The position numbers and the translations under genes are program-made. From NCBI GenBank assembly GCA_018304465.1, contig JAGVWC010000009.1, forward strand, positions 125,696-189,695: a DNA stretch of 64,000 nucleotides. The letters run 5' to 3'. Numbering within the stretch: position 1 is the first letter of the stretch; every line of letters starts with the position of its first letter. The notes under the pieces are model-generated. The model saw only the letters and a program-made list of their open reading frames with translations. It ran no database searches and was not told the origin of the DNA. The stretch is from Candidatus Iainarchaeum sp. GTDB taxonomy: Archaea; Iainarchaeota; Iainarchaeia; Iainarchaeales; JAGVWC01. This document shows positions 21,901-30,720 of the stretch, piece after piece.

Positions 21901-22942
21901 TGGAATTGTCGAAACACGGTTGCCCGCGCAGGCCCCGGGAGAAATCCTGGATATTGAAGTCGAACGCGTCGAATACAATACATTGATCAAGAAAGTCACG
22001 GTGGACGGAGAAATTCTCACGCTTTCCCCCGAACGACTGGGTTTTTCGGTTAATCCGAAGAGCAAACCAACGGACGCCAAAGAATTCAAGATTTCAAATG
22101 TCGCGCCGTTTGAGCTTGCGATCGAAAGCGTTTCGCTTTCGGGAAAATTTTCGGGTTTGCTTGATTTGGATTCCACCAATAACGCGTTGCATTCCTGGGC
22201 TGGCGCCAAAATCAAAGCCAATGATTTCGTTTCGATTTCGGTTCCCGTAAAAACATCCACACAGGCAACCGATCTGGAAGCCTTGACGGATTTAAGCGGT
22301 GTTTTGACGGTGCGGGTATCCAGCCAGGGTCATGCGTGGGATTTCGAGATTCCGGTTCAGATTACCGTTGGTCTTGGCGGCGAAGTGGATGATCCCGCGT
22401 GTTTGACGTTAAGCCAAACCGAATGGGTGTCAAGTTCCCAGGGAAAACCCATTGTCCTGGAATTTTCGATTCAAAACAATTGTTCGATCGCGGGAAAACC
22501 CGTGGACATTTCAAATGTCGAAACGCGCATCGCTTGGATCGGAAACCAAACCGGCGAGTTCGAATTATCCACGGATGTCAGCAATTCGATTTTGCGATCG
22601 GGTTATTTCTTGACGATTTTGCCCAAACTGGAAGCCGGAAAAAGCGTGGTCGCGCGATTGACGTTTACGCCTAATGCCCAGGTCATTGGATCCACGAAAG
22701 CAACAGTGGAATTCCAGGCCACGAACCCGACGGATTCGGCACCCCAGACTTTGTCCGCCCAGCTTTCCGCGGATTTGGATGTCGTGAATTTGTTGTCGTG
22801 TGTTTCGTACGACAAGGAATATATCGAAATGCAGGCGGAAGAAACATTTAATCCCAAGGTTTCGGCCGTGGGCTTTGGCGTGTCCCAAAGCATTAATCCG
22901 ATCACGGGTCGGGTCACGGCGGGAGACGATAATTCCGATTGA
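18920..22942 (+). CDS. Giant surface protein, paralog 3, N-terminal part
   Basis: The N-terminus is nearly identical to that of 10365 (FSLEDRYYSFLDALESKGIPVYKVVD..PSFP). It also shares GIHVRTG, DAKWANM, YRAWG and GLGGEV..P.CL motifs. Confidence 0.9.
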   Translation: MGIVDGIRGVYFSLEDRYYSFLDALESKGIPVYKVVDPIDSVVPSFPLFVLIVLLLLGGLLWFLVLPNLSFGNAQLNVKVLDFSDSPISGASVTVIRNGTQTIGVSDALGKTAFDFPKGSEIAVSVSREGFDNFEVPAFVLSESREVTARLSTAGSASGEAVIRTIRLLSQSGQPLVGEDITVSFSCSNSAANPPAEVTVTTGEVKVTEPGNCGGLVAQIRSRNFKEVASFPVSQLVNTAYLISNSAALEEDRGTIEVLVTENNQAVSDGLSIVLYPFESDISVDSAPVQNGKAVFSNVAFGKYVVKNRGTSDFAPTSATLTLSSKRQTVSLALQKNVAGKIVVKVIDADTRKPVPNSTVSLRIGNDEVEKKTTSDDGNGSLEFFVPRDTTYNVGVSHPDYCFETRSDLGINKSYSIELEPFTASCGGTIVVKVVDQEGIPVQNALVSLASEQQFFLGAGQEISDLNGVARFAGIKAGTYTAFAFKGTSSGWSDPKFFNRKKGETEQVDLIATLQIPNGIVRIQVVDKENRPVPFATITFVDAFDNQIVGGGAKPADSNGVLSWETRADKTVYAIVEKEGFASVASQWIEVKPSTIQEEQVQLLPPITQFEVELVGLFSGNLSTPPAGSPTASLAAGQEYVARFRIKIPSDRSFSSDHPFNQVGIHVRTGTEGIMEKDFIFLKETNAPSASVVRSTSFTGKYVSDLAAVTSSDAKWANMTWTRPRADVIMAQIVVKVKENAALGKKLDIFYRAWGGQNGDVVRDPADQTGGGQELYSDAKDASFTVGVGTLCDERFCFDASIYDQRDALRMPVTDSFAARNLENYTLSFAIGNTSKMDTDTYRNAELRLEAIEENLLFKQYTIFDAASEGSKPITGTANAAALPRITIGDLSPGRRISGDIAFMPKIPGTHTIDFRIVDTDLGQIVFSKQLSIISIADNDFVIVVSPEKLSPGIENPVIITVTDKVTGLPVKDAFVRLRDKFKNILSTSQTNSLGIVETRLPAQAPGEILDIEVERVEYNTLIKKVTVDGEILTLSPERLGFSVNPKSKPTDAKEFKISNVAPFELAIESVSLSGKFSGLLDLDSTNNALHSWAGAKIKANDFVSISVPVKTSTQATDLEALTDLSGVLTVRVSSQGHAWDFEIPVQITVGLGGEVDDPACLTLSQTEWVSSSQGKPIVLEFSIQNNCSIAGKPVDISNVETRIAWIGNQTGEFELSTDVSNSILRSGYFLTILPKLEAGKSVVARLTFTPNAQVIGSTKATVEFQATNPTDSAPQTLSAQLSADLDVVNLLSCVSYDKEYIEMQAEETFNPKVSAVGFGVSQSINPITGRVTAGDDNSD

Positions 22943-25900
22943 CGATTAAAACCGCGGATTGCGGCGGTGCCACGTCGTTTTCGCTTGAATCGGAACTCAA
23001 GTTGTCGCCAACCGAGTTTTCGCTTTCGGATAACGGCGCTCAGCAAATCGTGATTACGGCCGATGACCGCGTTCCGGGTCAGTACGGCGTCAAAGTGCTG
23101 GTCAAAGGCGCGGGAGCGGTCACGACCAAGCAAATCAAAACGATTCCGGTCGTATTGGCCCCCGCGCGCGATGAATGCGTGTTGTTGACCAAATTTGAAT
23201 ACAACGTGTTCCGAAACGAAGATGTTCCGGGATCCGGAATCGATACCGCGAAAGTCATTAATCAGTGTTATGACAAACCCGTGCAAGTCATGATTGATCG
23301 GCATTCGTTAGACGATGCCATGGCGGAAGGACAACGATGGGCGGCAATGGGGCTTGCCATGGGAATGATGGGCCAAATGAACCAGAATGGCGGGTTGTTT
23401 AGCGGTTTGTTTGGCGGGTCCAGCAATGATTCGAACGCATCTCCGGGGTCCGGCAGCAATTCGAACACGCCTCCGGCTTGGAAAGAGTTCAAGGACGCGG
23501 GAACCGTATTGGTCGCGAACGGAACCGGCGGATTTGTTTCGGCCAATGCCTATAAAGACAACGCGGGAAATGAGTTCGTGTTTGAAAACGGCATGTATTA
23601 TCCAGTACGGCAACGATCCGACGGAAGATATGAAAAGGTTCCAAACGGAGCCCCCGTTGCCTCAAACGGATCCGTGGGTTCGACGGCCACCGGTCCGAAC
23701 GCAAGCGTCATTGCGCAAAAAGAATCCGAAATCGCGCAGTTGAACAGTCAGATTTCATCCGAACAAGCGAGCGCGACGAGTCTGGGTTGCCCCAATGGAA
23801 AGCCCGAGTGCCAAACCAGTATCGATCGCATTCATAGTCTGAACGTTCGGATCAGTTCTTTGGAGTCCGAAATCAGTGGATTGCAAACCACACCGCTCAC
23901 GGGACGGTTTTCATTGACGGGTTATCAGTTCTTGCCGTTTGCAGGCCAGGGTTTCTTCGGTTCCGGTTCAACGAATTCGGACGCGGAAAACGAATGTAGT
24001 TTTGTGGATTCGGATGGAACGCTTTCCAAGAGCCGGCAAGACGCGGACAGCGAAATTTCGTCTTTGCAAACGTTACCGATGTTCGCGAGTCTTTTGGGCG
24101 GCGGAAACATGGGCAATGCGTTTTCGCAGGCCATGATGATGTATGCCATGGGAACCGCGCAAGCCTACAATGCCCAAACCGATGTTTGCATCTGGACCGT
24201 GCAACGCGACGTTCAATTGGGTTCCGGTGGACTAGGCGGTGTACTGGATAATTTGGCGAGTTTTTTCACCGGAAACCAGGCCAAAGGCGTTTACAAATTA
24301 TTGGATTCCACGGGAATTGACGACCGGGTGTTTTCCGGCGTCAGTGTGGAAGAATACCGAAAACCCATTGTGTCGCCGCGCAAAGACAATCAGGAATTAA
24401 GCACGGAAACGCGGTTCATCAAGGTTTCAAACGACGACGGTTTGGTCCAGGCAGACGCCTTGAATCCGTTGTTTGCCATGCTGGCGATTAACGGCGTTCG
24501 CCACGTGTATTTGCCTGAACAAATCTACGAAAGCCAAAAGCCCAGCGTGTTAAAGGAAGGCCCCAGTCAAAAGCTTTCATCGAAGTTTCATATTCAATTG
24601 AATTCGTATAAGCCCGAACCGGATTCCGTGATTTCTCCAGAGATCGGCAACTGCCAGATCGGACAAAAAATCGGTAGCACGGGTCCGAACGCGGTTCCAC
24701 GCCTCAAATTCGCGTGGGGTTGGAACGAAATCAATTTCGATTCGTGCGATTCGGATAATCCGGAGTATATTTATTGTGACGCCACGCAGTTTTCGATCGC
24801 GTTATTGAAAAAAATGGAAGTGTTACGCGAATTCACGACCGTGAACGCCTTGACGTTCGAGTGTCCATCCGCAGTCAGCTCCGTGACCCCGACCGAACAG
24901 GCGTTGTCCAAAACGGGTCTTGACATCGGCGTGACCAAACTTGAAATCGTGCGAAACCAATTGGATGCAAACATGGTGGCCACGGTTGAAAATTCGAACA
25001 ATGTATCGGGTTCCGCGGAATTGACCACGATTATTACGAATACCGCCAATGGAAAAGTCGAAAAAACCTGTATCGAAACGGTTTCGTTTCTATCGAAAAC
25101 CACGTCCGGTTGTCTGGTGCAAAATCTGGCCCCGGGCGAATACCGCGTCAAAGCGCTGTTGGGCGCCGTGTCATGCACGGGCTGCCAAAACGCCGTGAGC
25201 TTTAACGATTCTTTGGAAGACACGTTTACCACGGGCTTTGAAGGACTTGCGTGCGCCGCCAACTGGACCAATACGAGTCATTTGGAAGAAATCATCGCGG
25301 CTACCGAAGGCGCGTCCAAATCATTGGTGTATCCGGCGGGCTTTGACAAGGAAAAAATCGTCAAACTTGCCAGTTTTAGGGCGCACTTGATGAAAGACGG
25401 GTATTCAACCGGTTTTCGAAAAGATTTCCATTCGTATGCTTTGACGCAATCCTTGTTCCAGACGCCTGAGTTTTATTCGCAACCCGATGGGTTAGGCGAA
25501 TATTTCTCGGATCCCGCCAAAATGCAGTTTGAATACTTCGGCAGTCCGAATGGAACGCTTTCAGAACCCGGCATTTACCAAGTGGACCTCGACGTGAATT
25601 TTTCGGATCAGCACATGGCATGGTTCGAGAACTCGACCCCCGTCGCCACGATTTTGGTGACCATGGAAAAAACCGGGGACGCAAAGCCCGCGAGCCCGTT
25701 TTATTATTATCCATTGGACGGCGCATTGGGATTGCAAAACGGCCGCGTGGGATACGGAACCAACTTCGAGTTGGAAACCCCGGACAAACCCATCGTGATT
25801 GCGGCAACGGTTGACCGCGCGTTGTTGTCGCAATCGATTCCGGGAAGCATTCCGGCGGCAACCGTCAAAGCATATAAAATCACGGACTTTGCGACGTTGA

Positions 25901-26571
25901 ATGTTTCAAACCGTGGATTGTTGTTTTCCATTGATTCGCAAACCGATGAATGGAAACTCGCGCCAAGCCTCGCGACCCCGGTGATCATGAAAGTATCCGC
26001 GACCAGTACCGCGGACGCGTTTGGATTTTATTCTTTGGAAGTGGATTCTCAACCGCAAACGAATCTTCCGTTCTTGTCGCGCTGGAGCGGAATCTCGCCG
26101 TCTTGCAAGGACTTTGCCGGAGACGGTTTGGATAAGTATTCGGAAACCCCGGATATTTCGGGGGTCAATGCCCATTGTTCGGCGTTGGGTCCCAACAGCG
26201 CGGTGTCATACGGATTCGAATGGTGTAACCGCAAGTTGCCGGGAACGGTTTCGTTGCAATCCGTGTTTTTTACGCCCACTGAAAGCAGCGCGGTATTGCG
26301 TTTGACGGGTCAAAACGAATCCGTTTCGTTTATCGGTTTACAGGGAAGCGGTCAAAACGTGGAATTGGCCGGAGTCCCCGGAATGGCATTCAATAGTCAT
26401 TCGAACGCGATTTCTTCGGTTCAGGATGTATTAGACCTGGTAGCGGAAGGCCAAGTGTGTGTCACGGGATCGGAAAACGCGGTTCGAACCGAGTTTTTCT
26501 GGAACCCCAAAGTGGTGTTGGATGGCTTAGCGCAGGTACGCGACGCGACCACGCAGGCATGCATCCAATAA
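22939..26571 (+). CDS. Giant surface protein, paralog 3, C-terminal part (likely joined to 18920..22942 by a -1 frameshift)
   Basis: Collinear with the C-terminal half of 10365..18179 (TGP.A, YCDATQF..LLKK, LMKDGYS, GQVC...FFWNPK). It has a TTG start and no signal peptide. Confidence 0.85.
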   Translation: MTIKTADCGGATSFSLESELKLSPTEFSLSDNGAQQIVITADDRVPGQYGVKVLVKGAGAVTTKQIKTIPVVLAPARDECVLLTKFEYNVFRNEDVPGSGIDTAKVINQCYDKPVQVMIDRHSLDDAMAEGQRWAAMGLAMGMMGQMNQNGGLFSGLFGGSSNDSNASPGSGSNSNTPPAWKEFKDAGTVLVANGTGGFVSANAYKDNAGNEFVFENGMYYPVRQRSDGRYEKVPNGAPVASNGSVGSTATGPNASVIAQKESEIAQLNSQISSEQASATSLGCPNGKPECQTSIDRIHSLNVRISSLESEISGLQTTPLTGRFSLTGYQFLPFAGQGFFGSGSTNSDAENECSFVDSDGTLSKSRQDADSEISSLQTLPMFASLLGGGNMGNAFSQAMMMYAMGTAQAYNAQTDVCIWTVQRDVQLGSGGLGGVLDNLASFFTGNQAKGVYKLLDSTGIDDRVFSGVSVEEYRKPIVSPRKDNQELSTETRFIKVSNDDGLVQADALNPLFAMLAINGVRHVYLPEQIYESQKPSVLKEGPSQKLSSKFHIQLNSYKPEPDSVISPEIGNCQIGQKIGSTGPNAVPRLKFAWGWNEINFDSCDSDNPEYIYCDATQFSIALLKKMEVLREFTTVNALTFECPSAVSSVTPTEQALSKTGLDIGVTKLEIVRNQLDANMVATVENSNNVSGSAELTTIITNTANGKVEKTCIETVSFLSKTTSGCLVQNLAPGEYRVKALLGAVSCTGCQNAVSFNDSLEDTFTTGFEGLACAANWTNTSHLEEIIAATEGASKSLVYPAGFDKEKIVKLASFRAHLMKDGYSTGFRKDFHSYALTQSLFQTPEFYSQPDGLGEYFSDPAKMQFEYFGSPNGTLSEPGIYQVDLDVNFSDQHMAWFENSTPVATILVTMEKTGDAKPASPFYYYPLDGALGLQNGRVGYGTNFELETPDKPIVIAATVDRALLSQSIPGSIPAATVKAYKITDFATLNVSNRGLLFSIDSQTDEWKLAPSLATPVIMKVSATSTADAFGFYSLEVDSQPQTNLPFLSRWSGISPSCKDFAGDGLDKYSETPDISGVNAHCSALGPNSAVSYGFEWCNRKLPGTVSLQSVFFTPTESSAVLRLTGQNESVSFIGLQGSGQNVELAGVPGMAFNSHSNAISSVQDVLDLVAEGQVCVTGSENAVRTEFFWNPKVVLDGLAQVRDATTQACIQ

Positions 26572-26618
26572 GGCTTCTTTTTGAAAGCGGTAAAGATTTA
26601 TTAATTTGAAACACCCTA

Positions 26619-27038
26619 ATGGTGCCTATGATCACGGGTTTTGACATTATGGCCGTTTTTGCGGACTTTAACCTGATCCTAAAACTATTTGTTTTGATCA
26701 TGATTATTTCGTTTGTCAAAAGCCATTTGGGCGGAGGCCCTTTGGCGACCATGGTCATGGTGTTCATTGCTTTTTTCGTTATTTTCGACGCGTGGAAGAT
26801 TTTTGGCGGAATTTATCTTTTGTACGCCATTATCACGTTAGGGTTTTCCGGGTTATTGATTGATTTTTTCTTTGTTACGCCGCCGTTGGCCAATCAGCGG
26901 GAAAATCCCGAATCGGATGCGGGAGAAGGCATCAACAGTCAGGATGTCAAGGAACGGATTAACCGTTTGCATATGGCCGGGGGTCGCGCAGGCCATCATG
27001 GCGGTCGCCCGCCGGGTCCGCCGCCCATGATGGGATAA
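26619..27038 (+). CDS. Small membrane protein, family A member 1
   Basis: 3-4 TM segments, motif FVKSHLGGGPLATMVMVFIAFFVIF, C-terminal GPPPMMG. Confidence 0.8.
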   Translation: MVPMITGFDIMAVFADFNLILKLFVLIMIISFVKSHLGGGPLATMVMVFIAFFVIFDAWKIFGGIYLLYAIITLGFSGLLIDFFFVTPPLANQRENPESDAGEGINSQDVKERINRLHMAGGRAGHHGGRPPGPPPMMG

Positions 27039-27050
27039 TGGGTTGAGAAA

Positions 27051-27371
27051 ATGAATCAAAAAGGAAACCTTGTACTGTTTGGACTGCTGGGACTGGTACT
27101 CGTCGGCGTGGTGTCTTTCCTTATTATCATGTTTGTTCCGCAAGCCGCGATTCTGATGCGCATCGTCCTGGTTTTTGCGATTTTCATGACGGTGCGCGGC
27201 GCGATCGGAGACGGTACTCCAACGTTGTTGATTTCCGCGATTTTGATTTATTTTTTGGCATTCAAGTATTTTGAATTGGCGGCCGCGGGCTATGTGGTGT
27301 ATTTCATGGTCGCGTATACGGGTACGACGTTGTTTAGTTTTGGATTGCGTTTTTTCTTCGGAAAGCATTGA
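27051..27371 (+). CDS. Small membrane protein, family A member 2
   Basis: Motif TVRGAIGDGTPTLLISAILIYFLAFKY. The N-terminus MNQKG|NLVLF resembles a class III signal. Confidence 0.8.
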   Translation: MNQKGNLVLFGLLGLVLVGVVSFLIIMFVPQAAILMRIVLVFAIFMTVRGAIGDGTPTLLISAILIYFLAFKYFELAAAGYVVYFMVAYTGTTLFSFGLRFFFGKH

Positions 27372-27381
27372 GGGATGAAAC

Positions 27382-27627
27382 ATGGTGTCAAGCGTTTGGT
27401 TGGATTCGTTGTTTGGAAACCTGGAGATCGCCTTGATTTTGTTTTTTTTCGTATGGCTTTTTTCGTGGGCCAAAGGAAGTCTTGGAAGCGAAAAACTCGC
27501 GGTTTTTTTCGCGATCCTGATCATTTACTTGACGGTGTTCCAGTATCGGGAATTGATTTGGATTGCCGTGGCGTTGTTTTTGTTGTCGACGTTTGGAAAA
27601 GAGTTGTTTTCGAAATTGTCAAAGTGA
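27382..27627 (+). CDS. Small membrane protein, family A member 3
   Basis: Motif WAKGSLGSEKLAVFFAILIIYLTVFQY; purine-rich RBS upstream. Confidence 0.8.
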   Translation: MVSSVWLDSLFGNLEIALILFFFVWLFSWAKGSLGSEKLAVFFAILIIYLTVFQYRELIWIAVALFLLSTFGKELFSKLSK

Positions 27628-27639
27628 AACACAGAGGGA

Positions 27640-27954
27640 TTGTCGTTGGAAACCATGAATTTGTTGATCGCGGTGGTGCTCATGCTCCTCGGAGCCACGT
27701 ACAGCGAGTTTTGGATCGTAATCGGAATCGCGGCCATCATGGTGTTAACAGAGCGGAATCTTTCGACGTTTGTCATGATGACGTTGGCGATTGTCTTAAT
27801 TTACGGGTTTAAAGGCGTGCTATCCGACTACATTCCCCATATCCTGCTCGGAATGATTATTTTGGCGTTGGTGTTCAACAAGCCCGCGCAGCAACCCCAG
27901 GGAATGGATATGGGCGGATTGGAAGGATTATACGGTCCGCCGCCCATGGGGTAA
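27640..27954 (+). CDS. Small membrane protein, family B member 1
   Basis: IAVVLMLLGATYSEFW motif, about 4 short TM segments, C-terminal GPPPMG. Confidence 0.75.
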   Translation: MSLETMNLLIAVVLMLLGATYSEFWIVIGIAAIMVLTERNLSTFVMMTLAIVLIYGFKGVLSDYIPHILLGMIILALVFNKPAQQPQGMDMGGLEGLYGPPPMG

Positions 27955-27966
27955 CGAGGCGGTTTT

Positions 27967-28542
27967 GTGGATATCGATATTTTCGGGATTGTCATCGCGT
28001 TTTGCCTGATTTTGTTGGGGGCCGTGTCCGAGCGCTGGTGGTTTGTTTTTCTTTCGGCGCTCGTGTTTTTCGCGTTGTTTCCGACCATTACCACGTTTTG
28101 GATCCTGGTAGGCGCCATTATCCTCAGTTACATTTGGGCGAATTCGTTTGACGAGTTGTCGTCCCAGGGATTTTTGCTGATCATTGTTTTGATCGGAAGC
28201 GCGGTCATCGCGATTTCGCTGGGTGAAGTGTTCATTGGATTGTTGTTGTCCTTGGCGTTGGTGTTCTTGTTTTTGTTAACGCCAAGCGTGAAATTAAGCA
28301 AGAAAGTGTCGCGAAAAGCGCGTGAAGAATTCGACGATATTCACGCGGGTTTGAAAAAAACCAAGGGACAGCATCCGGATTTGTTCGGAACCGTGGAAAA
28401 TCTTTCCAAGGACACCGGAGCGATTGCGGGAGAAGCGTGGGTCACGAATCCGAATCAAAAACTGGTTTCAAACGATTTGGTGACCCGGATTTCTCAGGGA
28501 TCGAAAAACCTGTTGGACGGATTGGGAAAACTGTTCAAATAG
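27967..28542 (+). CDS. Membrane protein, family B member 2, with a soluble C-terminal tail
   Basis: IAFCLILLGAVSERWW motif, multiple TM segments, amphipathic C-terminus (NLLDGLGKLFK). Confidence 0.8.
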   Translation: MDIDIFGIVIAFCLILLGAVSERWWFVFLSALVFFALFPTITTFWILVGAIILSYIWANSFDELSSQGFLLIIVLIGSAVIAISLGEVFIGLLLSLALVFLFLLTPSVKLSKKVSRKAREEFDDIHAGLKKTKGQHPDLFGTVENLSKDTGAIAGEAWVTNPNQKLVSNDLVTRISQGSKNLLDGLGKLFK

Positions 28543-29073
28543 TTATTTTCGTTCTTGTAGTTCGGTAACGATTTGGCGGTTGGTGTCCAGCAATTTGTCC
28601 ATGATGGTTTTGTAGGCGGCCATTTGGGTTTTCATGTCGTTGATTTCGTTTTCGAATCCGGCGATCCGGTTTTCGACGCGCGTGATGGAATCGCTTAATT
28701 GCAAGGCCGGCAATTCCGATATTTTGGCGAGTTTGGCGTCAAGGGATCGGAATTCTTCCAAAAGATTTTGAATCTGTTCGCTTTGTTCTTCGAGTACCAC
28801 GTGCGTGGTCGCGTGCAAGGCTTCATCGTGGCTGGATTGGGGGGTTTGCGGCAATCCGGGTTCTTCGTCGTCTTCGGTTTCAAAATCGTCCGTTTCATCC
28901 GAAGAATTGGTTGAAACGGAGGGAGTAGACGCGGTTTGTCCGCCTTGGAGGTATTCGTTTACTTCGTCTTTGCTTAAACCGATGTCTTGTAACGTGGATT
29001 CGATGACGTGGTCGCTGATGCCAGACGATCGCATGCGCTGGATTGTTTCCATGACGACTTGTTTGTCCACCAT
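28543..29073 (-). CDS. Acidic coiled-coil protein
   Basis: Small N-terminal helical domain, D/E-rich linker and a heptad-repeat C-terminus. Confidence 0.8.
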   Translation of the reverse strand: MVDKQVVMETIQRMRSSGISDHVIESTLQDIGLSKDEVNEYLQGGQTASTPSVSTNSSDETDDFETEDDEEPGLPQTPQSSHDEALHATTHVVLEEQSEQIQNLLEEFRSLDAKLAKISELPALQLSDSITRVENRIAGFENEINDMKTQMAAYKTIMDKLLDTNRQIVTELQERK

Positions 29074-29205
29074 CGGGATTCACCCAGAATTCGTTAATAA
29101 TAGGTTTTTGGGGTTTAAATTGGTTTACCTTCCAAAAAACGTGTTTTGAAAGGTCGGTAGTTTTTTTAACTTGAAAAACCTTATTTTCTCAAAAAAGGTG
29201 CGATT

Positions 29206-30717
29206 TTGAAGACGCCGGGCGGTCCGTGGGAAACGGTGTTTGCGGCCCAACAACCCGATGTGGATATTCGGGTGGAATTCAATGAAGAATCCCTGTTGCT
29301 GGTCAGCGTAACCGAAAAAAAGGACGGGAAAAACACAGGAGTCGTGTTGGATTTATTTCGGGCGTTTGTTTCCGAGACCAATCCCCAGACCTTGATTGAA
29401 AAGCTTCCGTTTCCCTGCATCGAATTCGGATTGCATACGGATGGATCCACGACGTACTGGATCGTGCTCGTGGACAGCGGAACGGTTTTTTCCGAACCGG
29501 ATGAAGGAAAAATTTCGCGCTTGTTTTCCGAACAGAAAAAAAAACTGGAATCGATCGAAGAACAATTAAAACCCAGCGTGTTGGCGTTGGACCACAAATT
29601 CGAGTGGCTTAGTCACGCGCCGATGGATGTGCGAAGCGCGTTTTTCGGATCGCTTTTGGTGCCTCCGATGATTGTTTCGCGAACAAAAACGGGTCCCGCG
29701 CAACAGGCCCCGGTTGCGGTTTCGGGAACGATCATGCGTTTTGGGGAAATGAAAGTCGGCAAGACAAAAGACGGCGCCTTGGTACGCGAACCATTGGTGT
29801 TGCTGAAAAAAACGATTATCGTTGGCGGGACTCCAAAAGACCGTTCACGCGTACTGCGCGTCTTGATCGAAAGCGTGTTGTTATCCGGATCGGCGGCTGT
29901 GATCGTTGACTCGCAGAATTCGTTTTCGGGTTTGCGCGAACCCAATCCGAATGCCGCGGAAGTCGCGGAAAGCGGTTTTGAATTGACTCCGATCGGTTTT
30001 CCAACCGAAGAATTCGAGGTTCCGAACAAGTTATGGGTGAATTTTTCGAACTTGGACATCGAATCGATGCTGGAATTGTATCGCGTCGGAAAAACTCCCG
30101 CGGCCAAAGTAATCAAAATGGTGTTTGATTTAGGCGTTGCCGCAAACTGGCGACAGCTGGTTGACACGATCAAGATTCAGTCCCCGGCCGCGGACGTGAC
30201 GCGTTTTCATTTGAACAAGGCGATGCGTCTTGCCGCGCTAATCGATAACAGTTATCCGGGTTCTTTTAACGGTCCGAATAATATGTCGAATATCGCGCGT
30301 TCGCTTGAAACCGGTTTGGGCCGAGCGGCGATCGTTCATACGGACAAGATGGATAATCGATTGCGGTTGCTTGTTTTGCACGGGCTTGTGCGCGAATTAC
30401 GGCATTTTTTCGAACAATCGCCGAATCGTCAACCCTTGTCGTGCATGCTTTTTTTGCCGCAGGCCTCCGAGTTTTTTCCGTTTCGCGAAACCGCGCGAAT
30501 TTCAAGGGTAATCGAGGAAGACCTCAACGCGATGGTGAACTTCGGCGTAGGCGTCACCGTGGTCGCGGAAAAAGGAATGGATTTGCACGAAACGATTCCG
30601 CGACAGATGGATTCGGAGTTTTCGATTGTTTCGGGAAAAGACGTGGGGCTTCGGATCGAAAAAAGAAAACCGTATCGCGTGATCATCCGAAATCCGCTGA
30701 GCCGATTGTCCGAATAA
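29206..30717 (+). CDS. HerA/FtsK/VirB4-superfamily (DUF87/DUF853-like) P-loop protein with degenerate motifs
   Basis: TIIVGGTPKDRS sits at the Walker A position, AVIVDSQNSFSGL matches hhhhDxxGE(Y/F), MLFLPQASEF sits at Walker B, and NFGVGVTVVAE matches (R)K(F/Y)GhGhhhxxQ. Confidence 0.65.
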   Translation: MKTPGGPWETVFAAQQPDVDIRVEFNEESLLLVSVTEKKDGKNTGVVLDLFRAFVSETNPQTLIEKLPFPCIEFGLHTDGSTTYWIVLVDSGTVFSEPDEGKISRLFSEQKKKLESIEEQLKPSVLALDHKFEWLSHAPMDVRSAFFGSLLVPPMIVSRTKTGPAQQAPVAVSGTIMRFGEMKVGKTKDGALVREPLVLLKKTIIVGGTPKDRSRVLRVLIESVLLSGSAAVIVDSQNSFSGLREPNPNAAEVAESGFELTPIGFPTEEFEVPNKLWVNFSNLDIESMLELYRVGKTPAAKVIKMVFDLGVAANWRQLVDTIKIQSPAADVTRFHLNKAMRLAALIDNSYPGSFNGPNNMSNIARSLETGLGRAAIVHTDKMDNRLRLLVLHGLVRELRHFFEQSPNRQPLSCMLFLPQASEFFPFRETARISRVIEEDLNAMVNFGVGVTVVAEKGMDLHETIPRQMDSEFSIVSGKDVGLRIEKRKPYRVIIRNPLSRLSE

Positions 30718-30720
30718 GAT

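Noticed and set aside
27375-27812. 145-aa alternative + strand ORF
   Set aside because: It overlaps two better-supported membrane-protein genes that belong to the paralog families.
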